From Candidatus Iainarchaeum sp. (GTDB taxonomy: Archaea > Iainarchaeota > Iainarchaeia > Iainarchaeales > 0-14-0-20-30-16): a stretch of DNA of 15,209 bases. The translations under genes and the position numbers were made by a program. A model generated the notes under the pieces. The model had not been told where the DNA came from and searched no databases. It saw only the letters and a program-made list of their open reading frames with translations. The DNA is taken from contig CAIWXP010000183.1 in NCBI GenBank assembly GCA_903916665.1, positions 1 to 15,209 of the forward strand, read 5' to 3'. Position 1 is the first letter of the stretch; every line of letters begins with the position of its first letter. Of this stretch, positions 1 through 7,300 are shown piece after piece.

Positions 1-1281
1 CGATCCATTTAATTTGGCAAATGCATCCAGGAAAATATAATTATTAATATCTAAATCTAATAAATTAATTGTTAATTTATTTGGAAAATTAAAAGGATAA
101 TTGTATATTGGAGCATAGGCATAAGAACACTCATTCAAAGGAATTATATTTAAATAATAACTTCCTGTATTCAAATCGCCTATTTTTGCTTCTAGGTTTG
201 AACTTACATCATTTAATTCGGACATTAAATTTGAATCTTTATAAACAGAAACATAAAAATTACAACCATCGTTAGCATCCAATGTTAAAGATAAATAATT
301 TCCATCAAAAAAACCAAATTCGAAAACTTTTGATGCTGCCAATGTATTTACATTAACTACAACATTAGAATCCATCAAAGAATATAAATTTTCATTATAA
401 TTCACATCTGCCCTTACTGTATAAGTACCTGCATTTAAATCTAAAAATTGAGTACTTCCTTGACTATCTGTAGTTTGTGATAGAGAATTATTTAATAAAG
501 TTATCTTTACTCCAGAAACAGGATTATTTGTATTTGCATCTATTGCTTTTACAACTAAATTATTTGTTTGTATAACAGGTTTTGGTTGTTCCGCATTCAA
601 TATAATAGAACAATTATTTTCAACACACGGTTTATCATAGGGTAAGAATCCAGGAACTGTTCCACTTATTTGCAAAGAACCACAATCAGAATCTTTTGAA
701 TAATCTTTAGTACCACTAATTGATATTAAATCTGTTTTACCAGAATTTATACATTTAACAGTTAATGTAATTTGAGAATTATACAGCAAAGTTACATCAG
801 GTGATTTATACACTGATAATTTAACAATTGTTAATTTAGGAGCTGGAATATCTGGTACAGATACTGGTTTAGTAATATCAACTCTATAACTTGAGTCTGC
901 TATGGTGTATTTTTTTGTTAACTCATAACCTTCTGTTTTTACTTCTAAATTAATATCTTTACCTTCGGGCAAATTAACGAGCAAAAGGTTTTGCTGTGTT
1001 GTTAAATCTTTAACAACGTCATCATAGGATATTGTTAAATCTAAATTGTCTGTAACTGGTTGTTTATTTAAATAAAAAGAAAAGGTAACATCCATAGTCT
1101 TAGGAATCAAAAAATAAATCAGAATACTTACTAATAATACAGCTACTACCACAACACCAATATAAATATACTTTTTAGGTATTGCCTTAAATTGTTCTGA
1201 AAAACTTTTGGTTTTTGCTTGACTAATTTCTCCTCTTAGTTCTGCTTCAATATTCTGGTCATAATCATTATTTTGTTCCAT
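1..1281 (-). CDS. N-terminal 427 codons of a third large membrane-anchored surface-protein paralog (gene C). It is 3'-partial and continues past the left window edge.
   Basis: ATG at 1281..1279 on the minus strand, with an in-frame stop 5 codons upstream (TAG, plus 1297-1299) and no other start candidate between them. I checked the first ~360 nt triplet by triplet and found no minus-strand stops; the full hand translation is open to position 1 (1281 nt = 427 codons exactly). It translates as MEQNNDYDQNIEAELRGEISQAKTKSFSEQFKAIPKK-YIYIGVVVVAVLLVSILIYFL-IPKTMDVTFSFYLNKQPVTDNLDLTIS... It has the same tail / TM / beta-sandwich / 4-Cys / prealbumin-like order as genes A and B. Confidence 0.8.
   Translation of the reverse strand, partial: MEQNNDYDQNIEAELRGEISQAKTKSFSEQFKAIPKKYIYIGVVVVAVLLVSILIYFLIPKTMDVTFSFYLNKQPVTDNLDLTISYDDVVKDLTTQQNLLLVNLPEGKDINLEVKTEGYELTKKYTIADSSYRVDITKPVSVPDIPAPKLTIVKLSVYKSPDVTLLYNSQITLTVKCINSGKTDLISISGTKDYSKDSDCGSLQISGTVPGFLPYDKPCVENNCSIILNAEQPKPVIQTNNLVVKAIDANTNNPVSGVKITLLNNSLSQTTDSQGSTQFLDLNAGTYTVRADVNYNENLYSLMDSNVVVNVNTLAASKVFEFGFFDGNYLSLTLDANDGCNFYVSVYKDSNLMSELNDVSSNLEAKIGDLNTGSYYLNIIPLNECSYAYAPIYNYPFNFPNKLTINLLDLDINNYIFLDAFAKLNGS
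403..561 (-). other. Carboxypeptidase-regulatory-like (prealbumin-fold) beta-sandwich domain, protein C
   Basis: LVVKAIDANTNNPVSGVKITLLNNSLSQTTDSQGSTQFLDLNAGTYTVRADVNYNE fits the family pattern h-x-h-x-h-x-D-x3-4-P-h-x-G-h-x-h-x-h ... TD-x2-G-x-h ... L-x2-G-x-Y-x-h. Assigned by eye; no HMM was run. Confidence 0.6.
610..753 (-). other. Four-cysteine module (C-x22-C-x18-C-x4-C) of protein C
   Basis: VKCINSGKTDLISISGTKDYSKDSDCGSLQISGTVPGFLPYDKPCVENNCSII. The Cys codons were checked at 751-753 and 610-612. The spacing is the same as in A and B. Confidence 0.6.
1108..1170 (-). other. Predicted transmembrane / signal-anchor helix of protein C (aa 38-58)
   Basis: YIYIGVVVVAVLLVSILIYFL is a 21-residue uncharged hydrophobic stretch. 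It is preceded by the basic AIPKK (positive-inside rule) and is the only such stretch in the visible protein. Confidence 0.75.
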
Positions 1282-1284
1282 AGT

Positions 1285-1289
1285 ATCAC
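1285..1289 (-). promoter_or_regulatory. Candidate Shine-Dalgarno-like element GTGAT, 3 nt upstream of the gene C ATG
   Basis: The minus strand reads ..TATGTGATACT-ATG. Same pentamer and near-identical spacing as at gene B. Confidence 0.4.
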
Positions 1290-1303
1290 ATAATAGCTAT
1301 TTT

Positions 1304-1311
1304 TATTTAAA
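1304..1311 (-). promoter_or_regulatory. TATA-box-like octamer TTTAAATA at -30..-23 from the gene C ATG (weak candidate internal promoter)
   Basis: It matches the archaeal TATA consensus TTTAWATA. The position would suit a leaderless or very short-leader transcript. Such octamers are expected by chance in DNA this AT-rich. Confidence 0.2.
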
Positions 1312-1313
1312 TC

Positions 1314-4300
1314 TTACTGTTGTTCACCTAATAATTTGAATATATTCCAATAGTATAAATATTTTCCTTCTTTATTTAAATAACACATATTGCTTTTTCC
1401 AATCTCATCAACTATATTTGATATGCTTTCAACACCATCTACTATATTTTGAGAATCTAATCCTTTTTGCAAAACATAGACCAAATATTCTGATATGTCA
1501 GAATAATCTAATCCTTCCTTCTTTTGTGATTTAACGGTTATAGATCCATCATTGGAGCTTTCAATAACATCATAGTATAAACTTGCAGGATAAAATAAAT
1601 TGTTTTTCTTAACAAATAATTTTGCATAGGTTGCACCATTTATAGTATTGGTATAATCTAAATTCTCATTTACCTGTTTAATATGTAAATCATTTGGTGC
1701 AAAATATAGTTCTCCATTTCCACCAATATTTGAAGATAAACTTACTTCCCCTTTTAATGCAATTGGTAAATTATCTAAAGTATATACTGTTTTATTTAAA
1801 GTATAATCAAATAATGCAGATTTACTTTTATCTGTTGAATAAGTTTTACTTGAATCATATTTTAATAGAGTATCTATTGTTGTGCCAATCCCATAATCAG
1901 GCGTAGGAGTGTAGGGCATATAATAAAATAAATGATCTGGCATTAAATAGGTATTAAAAGATAAATATACTCTAAAATTATTATCTGAATCTACAATTAA
2001 TCTTGCATCATAGATTCCGGATTGTAATACTCCAATTGGTTCTTGTTTATAGGATAAAAATGAAATATTTAATCCCGAATTTTGTAAAAATCCTTTTTGT
2101 TGATAAATATCCAATGCTTCTTTTGTATAATTATCATATAATAATTGTACCTTAAAACTAGATTCTGCATTTAATTTTGCTTTGGCCTGTAAATAATTTA
2201 CAAACTGTTTTAAATTACAACCATATTGTGATCCAAAGTCACAATTAACATCATCAGTAAAACTTATTTTAGGCATAGCATCTTGACCAGTTAAACCGCC
2301 ACCAAAACAATTTGATATTTGTGCAGCCATAAATCCTGGCTTTGGTTTTTCTTTATATACTCTAATATTTGAACTATTGGCTTTTATAATAGCAATAAAT
2401 TCCAGTGTAAAAGTAGTTAATTGACCAATATTATAGCCACATTCCGAACTATTAACTGTACAAACTATATCAACATTATAATTTAATTTAACAAAGGATT
2501 TAAAATCTAAAATTGAACTATAATCAATGTCCGCGCCATTATATGCAGTACCAACTGCTTGACCAAAATTAATTACAGATTGCGAATTTCTCATTAAATT
2601 AATCCATTTAGATTTAACATAACCCACATAAGCATCATAGTAATTTGTAGTTGCAGTAACATATTTTTTAGCCTCGGCATCAGAATAATATTTTTTCTGT
2701 AAATTATTTGACTGTATGTTTGATGAAATATAATCTTTTAAACTATTTTCTCCATTCTTTCCATAGACAGTATCTAAACCATTACAACTATAATTAACTA
2801 CAGAATCTGAATTTGGACCCGCATCGGTCGAATCTTTTAAAATAAACGATTTAGTTATGTAACTGTTATTATAATTATCAAAAAATAATTTTGAATAGGC
2901 TAAATATATAGGATCTGTTTCTGCTAAATTTATATCATTACCTGAACTATCTTTAGTTGACATAACTAATTTATCTAAACAAATCTTTGTTGTTTTATCT
3001 GTTCCGCTATACTCTAAAGGATAGTAAATAGTATAGTCTTTAAAATTAGAATTCAAAACAGAATTTATTGATTTATAGGCATCATCAGAAGTAAAATTAA
3101 TTATATTTCCAAAACTAATTCCTGTATTTGTTAAAAGATAATTATTAATAGTTTTATCTACTTCTACAGCATCATTAAAAATAACATTATTTGTACTATC
3201 AATGGTTGCATCACTAAATTTTTCTCTTTTTACATCATCAGTAATATTTGTTAATTTACAAATTGTTAAAATAGAATAGGTTCCTTCCCCCCAATCACAA
3301 CCACCCCAATAATCATCATCTAAAGAAACATAGCCCCCAAAAAGATATTCTTTCACACCAGGAGATAAACTATCATTAGTCCAAAAGGATTTCTCAAAGC
3401 CCCATAAATCACCTTGTTGTTTATTGGCCATATATATTTTAACTGGTTCAAAACCATTTGGACAAAAAGTTGCTGCACTATTATGTATTCCATAACACCA
3501 GCCCTTAACACTAGCCGTACCTAAGTTAATAAAGTATGGAAAATCTTGATTGTTTTTTATTTCTGTACCTATTTGTTCAACATATTTACTAAGGTATTCT
3601 TTATATTGTATAGGATCTTTATAATTATCTTTCCCAAAAAATTTACTTGTATCTTCACCCGCAAAACTATTCATAAAATCAAAAGAATAATCTTTTTTTG
3701 ACGGTATACTTTTTGAATAAATAAAATATCTAAAATTTGGAGCTTCCCATAACCAACCACCAAATTCATCAGTAGCAAATAATTTAAAACTATATTTTGA
3801 AAAATCCCCATTTACTTTATCTTTTAATACTTCATTATAATTATCATATTTATAGGTATTTTGATCTTGACCGTTCTTAATACCTGTTAAAAAATAAAAT
3901 AAATTATCACGAAAAGGGTGCCATATGCTAAATTCGGGTATTATTATATCATTATAAATACTACTTACAACTGATTCTAATCCATGTGGATAATATTCGT
4001 TTTTATAAACAGTAACTGGCAAATTATTATTCAAATCAGTAATGAATGGATTTTTTAAAAAATATTTGTTTTGTGTAGAACTTTCAACATTTATCTTTAA
4101 ATCTTTAACATAATCGATGGTAGTAGAATTATCTAATTTGTATAAACTTAATAATACGGCTCCAGAAAAATTATCTGGTCTATCTAAACTAAAATTAATA
4201 TTTTGATCAGGATCTAAAGTTATTTTGTTACCAAAAGATACTGGATAATTCACAGATGAAATCGATAAATAATCATCATTAACTTTACAATATTCATCAT

Positions 4301-7300
4301 CGGATTTACACAATTGAATAGTTACTGGCTTATTACAGCCGTTGCTAATTTGTAATGGTAAAGAGTCAAATTCAAAATAATCAGTAACCTGATCTCCTGG
4401 AAATGTTGCTGGTAAATCTGCGTTATCTGCCATTTTTGCTTCTCCGGGTTTCTCTATAATATTTCCTTGAGCTTTTGATCTTTCACCATCCAAATAATAT
4501 GGAAATTGATAACCGTCTGTGCCCTCTAATGAAAACAAATCTTTATTTTGATTAGTTGTATCAACACCAAAGTATAAACAATTTTCATAGGCTCTGAAAG
4601 ATACATCCAATTTTAAATTTTTAGGAATTGAATTAGTAGAATTATAATTTGATTGATCTGTTGAATAGCCCCCTAAAACATTAAATGTTAAATGTGCATC
4701 AACATTAGACATTGCTAAATCATTCAAATCATCAACAGATAATTTAATTCCGTAGGTATAATCTTGACCAGCTAAAACAACTTCTGGCAAAGGAATAATT
4801 AGGTTTTTACTAATTATACTAGAATATTTATCTTTACCATCTTTTGAAATTTTTATTGCAATAGGAATATCTGAATTAACACTTAAATTAACATCTTTAA
4901 ATTTATAATTAGAAAGACCATTAAGTTCACAATTATTAATAATATGTAAATCAAAACTTTCTTCACTAGCTTCTAAAAAAGTTACATTTGATATTTCTTT
5001 ATCATCTTTTCTTAAATCAACCTGCAAACAATCATCACTATTACTCGGCTCTCCATTAAATATAAACTTAATATCCAAAGGTATATTCTTTGTAAATACT
5101 GTATCCAACAATGATTCTATTGTTGTTAAAAAAGAATTATCAACATTTACTGGAATATATTTAAAATTTAAAAATGAGCTAAACAAAGATATATCTGGTG
5201 CCATCATTAAAGCATCAGGATTAAAAGAAATTGGTAAACTTAACTTATCGTTTGAATGCAATAAAGACCCATCTTTAAATTTGCCTTCCATAACATCTTT
5301 TTTAAATAATAAATTTACAAAATCTATGAAAACAGAAGAATCCCAATAATATTTTAAATCATAAATATTCAAATCATAGTTTGAGGTATTATTTATATCA
5401 ACAAAAACATTTGGCTTTGTACCATCTGTAGGATAATTTATTGTTGCAGATAATTTATCTTTAACAGTAAAAAAATTAAAATCAGAAACAATTTCTTTTG
5501 CAAATGGTTGATAGCTTTGCTTAAAAACAACTATTTTAATTTTATCGCCTATACCTAAAGGATTTGTAGTTACATCAATTGAACCATCATTACCCGTATA
5601 ACTAGTATTAACATATTTCCATATTCCATTAAATGAATCATAGTATTTAACTTCTGCACCTACAACAGGGCCAACATCATTTGTTACTCTAATTAAAATA
5701 TCATTTTTAATATAGGGCACTATTATATCATTTGGTTTTACTTCAACATTTAATTTTGCTTTATCACTAGAAGTTAAATTTATTTTATATTCTCCGTAAG
5801 TATTATTCCAATCATCTTTATATAATTTAAACACCATTGAACTACTATCTGGTGTTAATAATTGATAATCAAAATTAAAATCAATATAATTTCTATAGTC
5901 TATTATTTGATCATTTAAATATATTGGACCGCTTGATAAGCCAGATTCTGTTTTATTTCCAAAAATATCTGTGATTGATAATTTTCCTTGAAGAATATTT
6001 AAAAATAATTCACCAACATCCTGTTTAATACTTGAACTCCCTGATTCTTTTAAATTATAAATTGCCATTTTTTTAATATCTGAATTGTTATCAAATAATA
6101 TTTTACCAAAAACATTTCCTTTAGATGCAATTTCATGACTATTACTTAATGCATCATTCCCTGAATAGGCATTAACACATATAGGATCAGAACAAATTTG
6201 AGTACCTAATTTTCTAGAAATATTATTTAAACTTAAATCTTTTTTATCAGTACCAAACCAATACCAGAAAGAAATACTATCTCCGCCGGGTGTTGATAAA
6301 ATAACATTATTTGTTATTAAAACTCTAATTGAATACATTATTTCAGTTTCATTATCAAAAGTACTTTCAAAATCTGCTTCAGATGTAAAACTTTTTGATT
6401 TAAATAAGAAATTATCATCTGTATTTGCACCAATTAATTTTGTATCATCAAAAGAACTATTATAATTTGAATAAAAAATAGTATTTCCTAAACTATCCAT
6501 TGATATTACTTGTAGTTTTGATAACTCTATATTTTCATCTGTTTTATTTCCCGCAATTCCATAAAAAAATAATTTATTTGGTTTGTTTTTTGGCACTTTA
6601 ACTTTAAATGCATAGTAATATTCATTCATAGGTAAAAGTTCATTTGCGGGTTTTGACAATTGACTATCAGAATAAATTCCTTGAAATTCTATTGTTAATT
6701 TTTCCAAAGGGTTGTTTGGAATTATTGGAGTTAATTCTAAATTAAAACTATAGCTACCATTATTTTCCATAAAAAATGTTTGAGAATATAAATCAAGATA
6801 ATCCTGCTTTGTCACTTTAAAATAAACACTTTCTAAACTTTTAATTTGTGTTGATGCACAATTTTGATTTTTATCGACAAAAAATGTTGATTCCAATCCT
6901 CTCTCACTAGAATAAACTTCAATTATTGCATCCCCAATTGGTTTTTTATTATCAGTTAAACAAACATTTACTGTAGAATTGCCCCAGGCAACAGGTAAAA
7001 CAACAGAAACTGATGTTAATGATAATGATTTTGATTCCTGAACATTAAACGTTGCAATTCCAGATAAATAATTATGTTTTAATTTTACATCATATTGTCC
7101 TTTAGGCAATATTAAATAGTATATTCCATTATAATCTGTTGTTATTATGCCTATGTTTGTTAGGTATTCTTTATTTTCATTTTCAAACCAAATTCTTGCG
7201 AAAGGAATTGGATTTTGCGTAGTTGAATCAATTACTTGAACAACCACATTCTGATCAGTAAAAGAATTATATTTTCTAATTGTTTTTTCTATTGTTTTGT

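Noticed and set aside
300-320. Homopolymer tracts as potential slipped-strand phase-variation switches. Examples are A8 at ~307-314 and A7/T7 runs near 3690, 7470 and 10036.
   Set aside because: Runs of 7-8 A/T are expected by chance at this base composition. They are scattered and not positioned near the 5' ends, and they are not conserved between paralogs.
1282-1313. Search for terminators, tRNA/ncRNA, CRISPR repeats or IS ends in the only non-coding stretches (32 nt and 5 nt).
   Set aside because: The spacers are too short, contain no GC-rich inverted repeat, and show no repeat structure. Nothing supports an RNA gene or mobile-element boundary.
1694-1906. Short track ORFs: 1694-1906 (+), 10228-10425 (-), 10858-11070 (+) and 13420-13608 (+).
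   Set aside because: All are 62-70 aa and fully nested in or antisense to the giant ORFs. Their translations are low-complexity and Leu/Ile/Tyr/Met-rich. They are not conserved at the equivalent position of the paralog. The 10228-10425 ORF coincides with the locally GC-richer insert of gene A, which reduces stop frequency in alternative frames.
4425-4437. An internal MADN at B aa 1392-1395 (..KMADNADLP..) echoes the N-terminal MADNLNE. This raised the idea of an internal start or a fused gene.
   Set aside because: It is a four-residue coincidence in an Asn/Asp-rich protein. There is no TM helix or SD-like motif after or before it, and the region is colinear with uninterrupted protein A.
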